Assembly (NCBI GenBank): GCA_019750255.1
Contig: JAIEOU010000003.1
Location: 19,350 to 83,349, forward strand
DNA length: 64,000 nt
Direction of reading: 5' to 3'
DNA from: Patescibacteria group bacterium
GTDB taxonomy: Bacteria; Patescibacteriota; Minisyncoccia; Phycocordibacterales; UBA918
The position numbers and the translations under genes were made by a program. The notes under the pieces were generated by a model. That model was not told the DNA's origin, did no database searches, and was given only the letters and a program-made list of their open reading frames with translations. Shown piece by piece: positions 46,065-55,444 of this stretch. Numbering within the stretch: position 1 is the stretch's first letter; each line of letters starts with the position of its first letter.

Positions 46065-46133
46065 CAGCAACTGAGCCGCCGCGATACAGAGCTCTGCCCA
46101 ATGGGTAACTCAATAATCGCGGCGGCTCGCCCT
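46065..46133 (+). terminator. Long hairpin downstream of the lipoprotein gene
   Basis: tgagccgccgcgata...atcgcggcggctcg with a 14-bp stem and large loop, followed by ccctattttta. Confidence 0.35.
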
Positions 46134-46158
46134 ATTTTTAATACATTCAAAATTTATT

Positions 46159-46590
46159 ATGACCACCATTTCTTCACTATCAGACCTCGAAAATGTTGCT
46201 ACTGATTTTCTCTCGAAGCTGACGGCTACAGAGAATGCAGCCACAGTAGTCGGTCTTGTGGGTGATCTTGGAGCAGGGAAGACTACGTTTGTGCAGATGC
46301 TGGCGCGGGAGCTCGGTGTGGTGGGTGCGGTAACGAGTCCGACCTATCTCATCATGCGTGAATACGAAACGGCACATCCGGTGTTCAAATACCTCGTGCA
46401 TATGGACGCTTATCGAATTGAGGACTTGAGTGAACTTGGGCCGCTACGGTTTGCTGAGGTGCTCGCTCGATCGGGGACACTCATCTGTATTGAGTGGGTG
46501 GACCGTATTAAAGACGCCCTTCCTGCAGATCTTTCCACTCTTACGTTTACCCTCAACTCCGATACTACCCGGACCATTGCGAGCTCGTAG
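46159..46590 (+). CDS. tsaE: tRNA threonylcarbamoyladenosine biosynthesis protein TsaE
   Basis: Walker A GDLGAGKTTFVQ, TSPTYLI and VHMDAYR motifs. 143 aa. Confidence 0.8.
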   Translation: MTTISSLSDLENVATDFLSKLTATENAATVVGLVGDLGAGKTTFVQMLARELGVVGAVTSPTYLIMREYETAHPVFKYLVHMDAYRIEDLSELGPLRFAEVLARSGTLICIEWVDRIKDALPADLSTLTFTLNSDTTRTIASS

Positions 46591-46719
46591 TGACAAGCCG
46601 ACAAAATACGAGCGATGCCGTATATTCGGCTAGACAGAAGTAGGTATGCACCACCTACCCACAACATTGATGTAATTGGTCAAGAATAGTAGGTGTGTCT
46701 AACGGGGTATACTGATGCT

Positions 46720-49107
46720 ATGAAGAAAGCTTCCGACACCCCGACTCTGGTCCTCCTCGACGCGCACGCGATCTTGCACCGAGCCTTTCACGCTCTTCCG
46801 GATTTCACCTCTCCGACCGGCGACCCGACCGGCGCCCTTTATGGTGTCGTTACCATGCTCTTGCGCATTATCGAAGAGTTCAAGCCCGAGTACATTGCTG
46901 CCTGTTACGACCTGCCCGAACCGACCTATCGCCATACCGCCTTTGCTGGCTACAAAGCCAAGCGGGAAAAGACTGACGATACCCTCGTGGCTCAAATTAA
47001 CCGTTCGCGCGATATTTTTGCAGCGTTTGGCATTCCTATCTATGAGGTGCCGGGCTTTGAAGCCGACGACATGCTAGGCACTATCGCGTATCAAACGAAG
47101 GGCGATAAAAACCTCAAGGTAATAATCGCTTCCGGGGACATGGACACCCTACAGTGTGTCGAAAAAAAACGCGTCCAGGTCTATACCCTAAAGAAGGGTA
47201 TTAAAGACACTATTTTATATGATGAAGCGACCGTAAAGGATCGCTTTGGTTTTCCGCCTACTCAGGTGCCGGACTACAAGGGTCTCCGTGGCGACACAAG
47301 CGACAATATTCCGGGCATCGTCGGTATTGGCGAGAAGACAGCGACCGAGCTTTTGGTTCAGTTTGGTGATCTCGACAGTATTTATAAAAAGCTTAAAAAA
47401 GACGAAGCCCAATTTCTAAAAGCCGGAGTAAAGGCACGCATGGTGGAGCTCTTAAAAAACGGGGAGGAAGAGGCCCGTTTTTCAAAAATGCTTGCCAGCA
47501 TCAGGACTGACGCACCAATCACGTTCGTGCTCGACGGTACCAACTGGCGCGTGCATGCTGTCCCCGAATCGATCCTCAAACTCTTTAGTGAGCTCGGCTT
47601 CCGCTCACTCACGGGTCGGGTTAAGACATTGTTCGACGTAACCGAGGAAGTTGCGGCGCGACCACTGCGTGGGGACGGTGATCCCGAGCTCGTAAGGAGG
47701 GCCGACATACTTTTATGGCTCCTTGAAAGCGAGCGAACGAATTCTTCCTTTGAAGACATTGCCGAGTACGGCCGAGCATTTTTTGAAACAACCGACCTTG
47801 CCGTTATTATGCAAAAACTCGAGGAACGGGTAGAGAAGGCGGGGTTGATGCCGATTTTTTCCACAATTGAACTGCCGCTGATGACAGTCCTTCGGCATAT
47901 GGAAGCAAATGGTATTTTGCTTGATGTTGATTACCTGAAAACGCTGTCGGTCACAATGCATACCGAACTGACGGAACTGGAGACTGCCATCTACGGCTTC
48001 GCTGGGGTGGTCTTCAATTTAAATTCACCAAAACAACTCGGTGACATCCTTTTTGATACTCTGGGTCTTAAGCCAAAAAATCAAAAGAAGACGGCCGGTG
48101 GTCAGCGCTCCACTAAGGAGTCAGAGCTTGAAAAGTTAGCGGGAGAGCACCCAATTATTGAAAAGATTTTGCGCTATCGAGAACTGCAGAAATTAGTTTC
48201 GACCTACGTCGATAGTTTACCTGGTTACGTCGCTAGCGATGGTCGACTCCATACGACCTTTATCCAGACTGGTGCAGCCACTGGTCGTATGGCCACCCAA
48301 AACCCGGGCCTCCAAAACATCCCGATTCGTACCATTGAGAGCAAGGCGATTCGTAAAGCGTTTGTGGCCGCGCCCGGATACAAAATAGTTTCCATCGACT
48401 ATTCCCAAATTGAACTGCGCATCGCTTCAATTCTCGCGCACGACCCTAGTCTCATTGATATTTTTCGACGCGGTGAGGATGTTCATACCGGGGTAGCTGT
48501 TCGTGTTTTTAAGGTCGACGCAACCGAGGTTACTAGTGAAATGCGGCGCAAGGCCAAGGTCATTAACTTCGGTATACTTTACGGCATGGGGGTAAACGCC
48601 CTGCGGGGAAATCTCGGTGAGGGTACAAGCCGGGAGGAAGCCCAAGAGTTCCTTAATGCCTACTTCCACACCTTCACGCGCCTGGCTGAGTATCTTGAAG
48701 AGACTAAAGAGTTCGCCCGCAAGCACGGCTATACCGAGACTCTCTTTGGCCGCCGCCGGCAGTTCCCGGGCATTACCTCGAGCGCACCCTTCCTGCGCGC
48801 GGCTGCCGAACGTATGGCCATCAACGCCCCGGTACAGGGTACGGCAGCGGACGTGATGCGCGTAGCGATGAATGAGGTCTATGACTATCTTGAAAAAGGG
48901 CAGAAGACTGGTGTGGTGCGGATGCTCCTCCAGGTCCACGACGAACTCCTTTTTGAGGTTAAAGAAGAGCTGCTCGATGCCGAACTGCCAAAACTTGCGG
49001 CGGTTATGGAGAACATCATGCGCGATAAGGAGACCTATGGGGTGCCACTCAAAGTCGATGTAGCGGTGGGACCGAATTGGTCGGAGTTAGAGGATTGGCA
49101 TAAATAG
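46720..49107 (+). CDS. polA: DNA polymerase I (5'-3' exonuclease plus polymerase; reduced 3'-5' exo region)
   Basis: N-terminal FEN-like domain, Pol A motifs (DYSQIELR, KxxxFGxxYG, VHDE). About 795 aa from the internal ATG of ORF 46693. Confidence 0.9.
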   Translation: MKKASDTPTLVLLDAHAILHRAFHALPDFTSPTGDPTGALYGVVTMLLRIIEEFKPEYIAACYDLPEPTYRHTAFAGYKAKREKTDDTLVAQINRSRDIFAAFGIPIYEVPGFEADDMLGTIAYQTKGDKNLKVIIASGDMDTLQCVEKKRVQVYTLKKGIKDTILYDEATVKDRFGFPPTQVPDYKGLRGDTSDNIPGIVGIGEKTATELLVQFGDLDSIYKKLKKDEAQFLKAGVKARMVELLKNGEEEARFSKMLASIRTDAPITFVLDGTNWRVHAVPESILKLFSELGFRSLTGRVKTLFDVTEEVAARPLRGDGDPELVRRADILLWLLESERTNSSFEDIAEYGRAFFETTDLAVIMQKLEERVEKAGLMPIFSTIELPLMTVLRHMEANGILLDVDYLKTLSVTMHTELTELETAIYGFAGVVFNLNSPKQLGDILFDTLGLKPKNQKKTAGGQRSTKESELEKLAGEHPIIEKILRYRELQKLVSTYVDSLPGYVASDGRLHTTFIQTGAATGRMATQNPGLQNIPIRTIESKAIRKAFVAAPGYKIVSIDYSQIELRIASILAHDPSLIDIFRRGEDVHTGVAVRVFKVDATEVTSEMRRKAKVINFGILYGMGVNALRGNLGEGTSREEAQEFLNAYFHTFTRLAEYLEETKEFARKHGYTETLFGRRRQFPGITSSAPFLRAAAERMAINAPVQGTAADVMRVAMNEVYDYLEKGQKTGVVRMLLQVHDELLFEVKEELLDAELPKLAAVMENIMRDKETYGVPLKVDVAVGPNWSELEDWHK

Positions 49108-49330
49108 TAAAAAGGCCCGACTCATTAGAGAAGGACCTTTCGTCGCCGATTGTCGAACCCCACAGGCGGCGGTTTCCTGTGGGGCGGAGGGCTTCCGTAG
49201 ATGCTCCGAGCCTCCCTAGGTCTCGTAGTCTGCACCCAGCGCTCCCACAACTGTGAAAACGGGACCACACGACTACATTAATACATTTTTTTATTCTGTC
49301 AATAGACAGGTTTTCTGCTAAAATAAACCC

Positions 49331-50041
49331 ATGCTTCACGTATTTTGCGGTAGTGACACAGTGGCCGTGCGCGTTAAGGCACTAGCTAAGCTCGCTCCTT
49401 TCGAAGAGGAAGGGATTGTGCCCGTGCGACTCGAGAGTGAGCAGTTTGAACCTGGAGTGCTTGAGCACCTGCTTGGGGGTGTTTCTCTTTTTGGTGAGGC
49501 GACGGTGTGTGTGCTTGATACTCCGTCGGAGGACGAACTGTTTCTGGAAACCGTTACCAAGAATTTGGCCGAACTCGCTACTTCCGCACACACCTTTGTG
49601 CTTATTGACACAGCTCCTCTGGCCGACTACCGCCGCGCTCTCCAAAAATCAGCTACCTCCTACACCGAAATTAAGGCCGAGGCGAAAGAGAAGAAAGACA
49701 CATTTGCCCTTGGAAACGCCTTTTCCCTTCGAGATAAAAAGGCATTATGGATTGTGCTTACGAAAGAGTTACGGAGCGGCACCCCGGTCGAAATGTTGGT
49801 CGGTTCACTGTGGTGGCAGCTTAAGTCTATGCGTTTGGCTGCATGCACGAACAATTTTGAAGAGGCGGGAATGAGTAAGTTCCCCTACGAAAAAGCTAAG
49901 GCGGCGCTCCGAAAATATTCACTACCTGAAGTAGAGCGGATGTCGCTTGCGTTGTTGAAGCTGTACCAGGCCGGACATGCTGAGAATAAAGAAAAAAAGG
50001 ATATGGCGGTAGGGTTGGAGAAGTGGGTGCTCAGGGTGTAA
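49331..50041 (+). CDS. holA: DNA polymerase III delta subunit-like protein (short)
   Basis: SLFGE and LWWQLK/LLKLYQAG helical pattern resembles HolA. It follows polA. The assignment is tentative. Confidence 0.4.
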   Translation: MLHVFCGSDTVAVRVKALAKLAPFEEEGIVPVRLESEQFEPGVLEHLLGGVSLFGEATVCVLDTPSEDELFLETVTKNLAELATSAHTFVLIDTAPLADYRRALQKSATSYTEIKAEAKEKKDTFALGNAFSLRDKKALWIVLTKELRSGTPVEMLVGSLWWQLKSMRLAACTNNFEEAGMSKFPYEKAKAALRKYSLPEVERMSLALLKLYQAGHAENKEKKDMAVGLEKWVLRV

Positions 50042-50089
50042 AAATGTTCCTGTGGAAAAATGAAAACCACCCCGTAAGGGTGCTTGTCT

Positions 50090-50500
50090 GTCGTCACGAG
50101 TCACTAAATATAATTGTTCGCTACGCTCCAAGTCTATTAAGTGCTCGCAGTTTGGCAGGAATCGACACGAGTTTCAAAGTTCGCTACGCTCTCTAAGAAC
50201 TCGTCGTCACGGCTCACCTGTTTCCTGCTCTGGGAAAGGAGCAGAAAACATGGCTCCGCTGTTCGATTAGAGCACGCACCTGCCGCAGGGCAGGTGCTCG
50301 AGCGGACTGTCCACACGAATCACTAAGTATATTTTACGCTTCGCTTAAATCTACTAAGTGTTCGCGACCCCGCCTCGCGGTTGCTGGCCCTGAGAAGGGG
50401 CCAGCAACATCGCTGCGGCTCGGACAAGCGCCGCACCTGCCATTGGGCAGGTGCTAAGAAAACAACCACACCAAATTTGGTGTGGTTGTTTTCTTGCGCT
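50090..50500. repeat. Repeat-rich tRNA-flanking region (family A 65-bp repeats, partial tRNA-Lys 3'-end copies, paired hairpins)
   Basis: cgaatcactaagtatattttacgcttcgcttaaatctactaagtgttcgcgacc (50306-50368) recurs at 54915-54975. A diverged copy lies at 50101-50155. gcacctgcc..ggcaggtgc hairpins occur twice. Confidence 0.5.
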
Positions 50501-50502
50501 TG

Positions 50503-50575
50503 TCCGCTCGGTTGGAATCGAACCAACGACCGTCTCCTTAAAAGGGAGCTGCTCTACCGACTGAGCTACGAGCGG
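50503..50575 (-). tRNA. tRNA-Lys (anticodon UUU)
   Basis: Manual fold: acceptor CCGCTCG/CGAGCGG, D-arm GCTCAGTCGGTAGAGC, anticodon loop CTTTTAA, T-arm GTTGGTTCGATTCCAAC. No encoded CCA. Confidence 0.7.
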
Positions 50576-50607
50576 ATACTCAAGTGAGTGCGATGACTAT
50601 ACCGCTT

Positions 50608-51006
50608 TTAAATCGGTAAATCAATCGCTAGGACCCCAGCGCCCGTGATGAAGAGCGAGAGTCCACACCCGAGAAGGAGAAGGTACATAAGCCGTGAGGG
50701 AATGCTCGGATGGGCAAAACGATCCCGCCATAGGAGCATCTTTACAGCGAGGGAGATTAAAATGAGAGCACCCAGTTGCGTGTAGGCACCAAGAGTGATC
50801 AGCGCGCCCGCAACCAGTTCGGCTAAAATCAGTAAGGCCACCGCAATCTTTGGAAAAGGGAATAGGGGAGCGTTAGTCACTAAGGCAATTTCTTGCCGCA
50901 GCCGTAGGTGGCGAATCCCAAGGATAATAAGGACGGCCCCAACAGTGACGCGTAAAATTGCGTAAGCAAAGAGGGCGAGCCATTGAATAGCAAAAAGGTT
51001 CAGCAT
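50608..51006 (-). CDS. DoxX-family membrane protein
   Basis: 132 aa with 4 TM helices in a DoxX-like pattern. Confidence 0.55.
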   Translation of the reverse strand: MLNLFAIQWLALFAYAILRVTVGAVLIILGIRHLRLRQEIALVTNAPLFPFPKIAVALLILAELVAGALITLGAYTQLGALILISLAVKMLLWRDRFAHPSIPSRLMYLLLLGCGLSLFITGAGVLAIDLPI

Positions 51007-51043
51007 GGATATGGAAGCAATTCTCTGCTAGTCTACCATCACA

Positions 51044-51529
51044 ATGATGCCGAATCGCTTTGTCATCCTCCACAATGTTCGCAGCGCGCACAATGTCGGG
51101 GCGATTTTTCGGACTGCCGATGCTGCGGGGGTTAGTGCCGTGTATCTGTGCGGCTACACCCCGACGCCGATTGATCGCTTTGGAAGACCAAATGAGAAGC
51201 TCGCTAAAACGGCCCTGGGTGCTGCTACCACCATGACATGGGAACACCACACCGAAACCACGGCTTTGGTCACTAAACTAAGAAGTGAGGGGGTGTACGT
51301 GGTCGCTGTAGAGCAAACCGAACAATCTGTCTCGCTGTTTAAAGCGACTATTCCAAACGACCGACCGGTAGCGTTTGTGCTCGGAAATGAAGTGCTGGGT
51401 GTACCCACGGAGGTCTGTGCGGCGGTAGATAGGGTTGTTGAGCTCCCTATGCTGGGTGAGAAGGAGTCGCTCAACGTGGCCGTCACTACCGGTATTGTTT
51501 TGTACCACGACCTGGAGCATCGCGTCTAA
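51044..51529 (+). CDS. SpoU/TrmH-family RNA 2'-O-methyltransferase (TrmL-like minimal SPOUT)
   Basis: HNVGAIFRTADAAG and LGNEVLGV...ESLNVAVTTGIVLY motifs. 161 aa. Confidence 0.75.
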   Translation: MMPNRFVILHNVRSAHNVGAIFRTADAAGVSAVYLCGYTPTPIDRFGRPNEKLAKTALGAATTMTWEHHTETTALVTKLRSEGVYVVAVEQTEQSVSLFKATIPNDRPVAFVLGNEVLGVPTEVCAAVDRVVELPMLGEKESLNVAVTTGIVLYHDLEHRV

Positions 51530-52797
51530 AGTCGGGCCAGTTCCTGCTGTACCACCTCAGCGTCACTCCATGGTTCCTTGGTATTATCGGGCCCCATGAT
51601 ATAGGGGTCGGTACCTTTGCCGCTAATGAGGACATGACCACCGTCGGCGCAGGCTTCAAGCGCGCTGCGGATAGCGGCGCGGCGGTCCATAATAATTTCG
51701 AGCTTCTGTTTATTCAGAATCCCTTTTTCCATGTCGTTAACAATCTTGCGCGGGTCCTCGTCGTAGGGATCTTCGTTCGTAAGGATAATACGCTCACAGT
51801 AGCGGTCGGCAATGCCGCCCATTTCCGGGCGCTTCCAGGTGTCGCGCCCACCACCAGTGTTGCCAAGGACACACACTTTCGGGGAATCTTTAAATGCTTG
51901 GTAGAGTTTCTCCAGAGAGTCGGGAGTGTGGGCGTAATCAACAACGGCAGTGACCCGTTTGCCCTCGCGGGTGGTGGTAGAAAACTGTTCAACCCGTCCG
52001 GCAATCGGCGGGGTGTCGTGGAGGGCGCGCTCAATGATTGAGAGCGAGACCCCAAGAGCACGAGTAAGGGTGATAGCAGCGAGCACATTGTAGACATTGA
52101 AGAGACCAATGAGCGGTACGCGCAGAGTAGTGTTGCCAATCACGAGGCTTGAGCCGTCCTTATGGAGGGTGTAGAGCGAGAGGTCGCGAAGAGAATAGGA
52201 AAGCGGGTGCTCAATTGGGAACTTAAGAAAGTCAGCCCCGTGCTCGTCGTCGACGTTCGCGACAATGTAGCGCGGTCGCTTGCTGCCGGTGGCCACGCGC
52301 GCTGCGATTGAGAGTTTGGCATTTTTGTAGTTTTCAAACGAACCGTGGGATTCGATGTGTTCGGGGGAGAGGTTGGTAAATACGAGGGCGTCGATATCCA
52401 GAAACCGGTGACGGTACTGCTTGGCTCCTTCAGAGGTCATCTCGACCACGGCGTGAGTACAGCCAGCGGCGACCGCGCGCGCGAGAAAGTGCTGGACGAA
52501 GAAGCGACCAGGCATGGTCATCTTAAACAGGTTGCGCTCAATCGTGTCACCAATCTTAAACTGGATGGTGGAGAGGGACGCCACCTTCTTTCCGTCTGCT
52601 TCAAGGATGCGGGCGATGATTTCGGTGGTCGATGATTTACCTTTGGTTCCGGTAACACCGATGAGTATGAGTCTGCGGCTCGGGTGACGAAAGCGTACGG
52701 CGGCCACATAAGCCATCACGTAATGGTAGTAGGGTTGAATAGCGGTAAAAATACGGCGCGGTAAAAATTTTCTCACAGCGTACAAAAGGTGTTCCAT
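51526..52797 (-). CDS. Mur ligase family protein (MurE-like, lacking the N-terminal domain)
   Basis: Walker-like GVTGTKGKSSTT, NVYNVLAA, and DYAHTPDSL in the C-terminal domain. 423 aa. Confidence 0.6.
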   Translation of the reverse strand: MEHLLYAVRKFLPRRIFTAIQPYYHYVMAYVAAVRFRHPSRRLILIGVTGTKGKSSTTEIIARILEADGKKVASLSTIQFKIGDTIERNLFKMTMPGRFFVQHFLARAVAAGCTHAVVEMTSEGAKQYRHRFLDIDALVFTNLSPEHIESHGSFENYKNAKLSIAARVATGSKRPRYIVANVDDEHGADFLKFPIEHPLSYSLRDLSLYTLHKDGSSLVIGNTTLRVPLIGLFNVYNVLAAITLTRALGVSLSIIERALHDTPPIAGRVEQFSTTTREGKRVTAVVDYAHTPDSLEKLYQAFKDSPKVCVLGNTGGGRDTWKRPEMGGIADRYCERIILTNEDPYDEDPRKIVNDMEKGILNKQKLEIIMDRRAAIRSALEACADGGHVLISGKGTDPYIMGPDNTKEPWSDAEVVQQELARL

Positions 52798-52870
52798 TCG
52801 ACTATTATAAGGGGAGGCGACACCCCCTGACCACTTACTGTGCGTACACCAGTGTTATGTGATGTTCAGT

Positions 52871-53434
52871 CTAGTTGGCGAGCTGGCGCAGGGCCTGCTT
52901 CACTAGATCGGTCGTATCGGTGTGGGTTGCGACGGCACGCACTGCACTCCGCGCGTCGGTGGGGCTGTAGCCAAGGGAAATGAGCACATCGATAGCATCA
53001 CTTTGCATACGATCTTGTGGGTCTAGCGGGGTCGCTACATGCTCGAGTTTGTCGTGGAGGAACTGCACAATATTTTCGGCGGTCTTCTTGCCAATTCCCG
53101 AGAGTTTGTGAAGCATCGTTGCGTCCTTCATTCTGATGGCCTCTGTCAAAATACTAATCTCAGCCTGGCTAAGGATTTGGAGTGCAGATTTCGGCCCAAT
53201 CTTGGGGATGGTGAGGAGGAGCTGGAAGAATTCAAGTTCGTGCGCGGTAGGGAAGCCGTAGAGATCGAGGGCAGTTTCGCGGACTGCCAGATAGGTGTGG
53301 AGATGGAGCGTGTCGCCCACATCGTACCCTGCCTTAAACGCATTCATATATATAAGATAGCCTACACCGTTAACATTAAGGACCAGATGAGTAATGCTAG
53401 TGCTTTCAACGGTGCCATGGAGCGAGCGAATCAT
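52871..53434 (-). CDS. ruvA: Holliday junction DNA helicase RuvA
   Basis: MIRSLHGTVE... with an OB domain, two HhH motifs (IPKIGPKSA, GIGKKTAENI) and a C-terminal domain. Confidence 0.85.
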   Translation of the reverse strand: MIRSLHGTVESTSITHLVLNVNGVGYLIYMNAFKAGYDVGDTLHLHTYLAVRETALDLYGFPTAHELEFFQLLLTIPKIGPKSALQILSQAEISILTEAIRMKDATMLHKLSGIGKKTAENIVQFLHDKLEHVATPLDPQDRMQSDAIDVLISLGYSPTDARSAVRAVATHTDTTDLVKQALRQLAN

Positions 53435-53528
53435 GCCCACTATTGTACCTCAAGAGCCAAGCGAGCGCTCTTCTGTCTTGCTTTTTTATGGATGGTGCGG
53501 TACAGTTCCATCACTTAAATCAATCAAT

Positions 53529-53792
53529 ATGCCAATTACCCGTGGAGCAAAGAAGGCCGTTCGTCAGCAAGCGCGCAAGCGTATCTTCAACATTCGTCGC
53601 AAGAATGTCTTGACTGACAGTGTGAAGGATGTACAGAAAGCTATCACTGCCGGTGATGGCGCAAAGGCAAAAGACCTATTGAGTAAGGCCTACCAGGCTA
53701 TCGATAAGGCCGAAAAGCGTGGTGTTATAAAGAAGAACACCGCAGCCCGCAAGAAGTCTCGTCTTACCGCCCGCGTCAAGGCAGCGAAGTAA
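53529..53792 (+). CDS. rpsT: 30S ribosomal protein S20
   Basis: MPITRGAKKAVRQQARKRIFNIRRKN... at 87 aa (internal ATG of ORF 53394..53792). Confidence 0.9.
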   Translation: MPITRGAKKAVRQQARKRIFNIRRKNVLTDSVKDVQKAITAGDGAKAKDLLSKAYQAIDKAEKRGVIKKNTAARKKSRLTARVKAAK

Positions 53793-53893
53793 AGACTAAG
53801 AACAAACATACAAAAGCAGCGGCACCTACGGTGCCGCTGCTTTTGTTAGGCACAATAAAACGAACGCCGCCGGGGTGAGCCGGCGGCGAATTT

Positions 53894-54304
53894 TTAAGGG
53901 CGAGTTTCAGAGCGGGAGGAGCAGCCGAGATGGAAGAGACCGATCAATTTCCCGGTTTCATCTTCAATGCGGACTCTGCCACCAATTTTGTACATGCTCT
54001 CTGGTACTTGTATTGTCGTCTCTGGCGCCAGCATACGAAACCAGTGTTGTTCATCCCCGCCCCGGCGACCAGGAAGTAGTCCCACAAACCGTGCTGTGAG
54101 AGTGACGGACGTGTTACGAATAGTAACGACGTTTGGGGTGCCGCTAGCGATGCACCCCCGCACCGTTATGTGCTCAGCGGGTGTCTCAAGCTGGAATGTT
54201 GTGTTGGCGAGGACCTGATGTCGTTCTTCCTGTCCTGCGTCACTGATGCAGCTGTAGATGTTACCCACGAATGCGAGGATAACAAGTAATACGACGATGC
54301 GCAT
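53894..54304 (-). CDS. Hypothetical secreted/lipoprotein
   Basis: Signal peptide MRIVVLLVILAFVGNIYSC. Confidence 0.35.
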   Translation of the reverse strand: MRIVVLLVILAFVGNIYSCISDAGQEERHQVLANTTFQLETPAEHITVRGCIASGTPNVVTIRNTSVTLTARFVGLLPGRRGGDEQHWFRMLAPETTIQVPESMYKIGGRVRIEDETGKLIGLFHLGCSSRSETRP

Positions 54305-54478
54305 GGGGACCTCCCGAGGTTGTTGTCCGTCTACGGCCTATCCTATGTCCATAAGGAATCGTTGTAAATAGGGCATTTTATGGAGACTTAATTGACCCGT
54401 GGTATAGATTGCTTCAATAGGATAAACGGCAGATGTCACAAGGGTGGATGTAAACCCAATGCCGAGCGGTAAAAATAG

Positions 54479-54814
54479 TTATTTTTTCCTATACGAAGTC
54501 CATAAGCAATCGAGCGCATCAGTTGCCATATGAAAAAGCAAACCCACTGCAATCATCTGAATGTAAACATTGGGAACAAATAGAAGTCCACCGTAAATAC
54601 AGATTGCAACATAGGAATGAAGCGGGTGAAACCCAATGCTGCAGCGATTGGGGTCAAAAATTGGTCTGGCAAGTAAATGGTCAAGATCAACCAACATAGT
54701 GGCAATCATTATGGTCCAGGCAATATGCCATTGTTCGTTAAAAAGAACCCAGGCTAGAAGACCGGGCGCGACAAAATGTAAGCTGTAGTGGATGACGGCT
54801 TGGAGCTTTGGCAT
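54479..54814 (-). CDS. Membrane-bound metal-dependent hydrolase-like protein (YdjM/DUF457-like)
   Basis: His/Asp-containing TM helices (LDHLL, HPLHS, HMATD). The start is taken at internal MPKLQ. Confidence 0.35.
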   Translation of the reverse strand: MPKLQAVIHYSLHFVAPGLLAWVLFNEQWHIAWTIMIATMLVDLDHLLARPIFDPNRCSIGFHPLHSYVAICIYGGLLFVPNVYIQMIAVGLLFHMATDALDCLWTSYRKK

Positions 54815-54889
54815 AAATTCACTATAGCAGGGGAGAGGCCTAGTAATCTTATTTTCGTTACTTAGGGATGCGGTCACGCATACAGAAAT

Positions 54890-55440
54890 TTAAAATGGAT
54901 GTGGATTCGGTCACGAATCACTAACTATATTTCATCGCTCCGCTTGAAATCTAGTAAGTGTTCTCGACCCCAGATCACTCGCCTCCGGCATCGCTGCGCT
55001 TTTCGAATCACAACATAAGACGCATTAAATCTGTGGATTCGGTCACTCTCATGGATACTTTGTTTCGCTTAGGCTCACAAATTATCTCATTCGCTCGACC
55101 CCCACTCGAGTCGCCCAACTTTCGCTTCGCTTCAGTCGGGTCCCCGCCGCTTCGGTTCGAATCCCACATCCCCGCGCTCGCACAAACAAAAAGAACCCTG
55201 CCGGGTTCTTTTTGGTGCTCGCGGAGGATGTGGGATTCGAAACTTACAGTTTCAGTACACCTTGTCACTATTTTGTTTCCTCTCCTCACAAAATAGTTGG
55301 CAAGGTCTTCGAATCCTTGCAACGCTTTTCTTTCAGAAAAGCTGCAACACATCCTTCTTGCCTCACTTCGTTCGTCTGCGGAGGATGTGGGATGACGTTC
55401 GGCTAGTGATAATAGGTCAGGGAGACTACTAAATTACGAA
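54890..55440. repeat. Repeat-rich region holding family A and family B repeat copies, two inverted tRNA-Ser 3'-end copies forming a palindrome (55148-55245), and a third partial copy at 55375
   Basis: ggattcggtcac...attcgctcgacccc (55031-55100) is similar to 57354-57425. gcggaggatgtgggattcgaa (55220-55240) is identical to the 3' end of tRNA-Ser at 57083-57105. Confidence 0.55.
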
Positions 55441-55444
55441 ATGA

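Noticed and set aside
49108-49330. Possible small RNA or riboswitch between polA and holA (hairpins ccccacagg..cctgtgggg and gagggc...)
   Set aside because: The first hairpin is adequately explained as the polA terminator. The rest is short and shows no recognisable family features.
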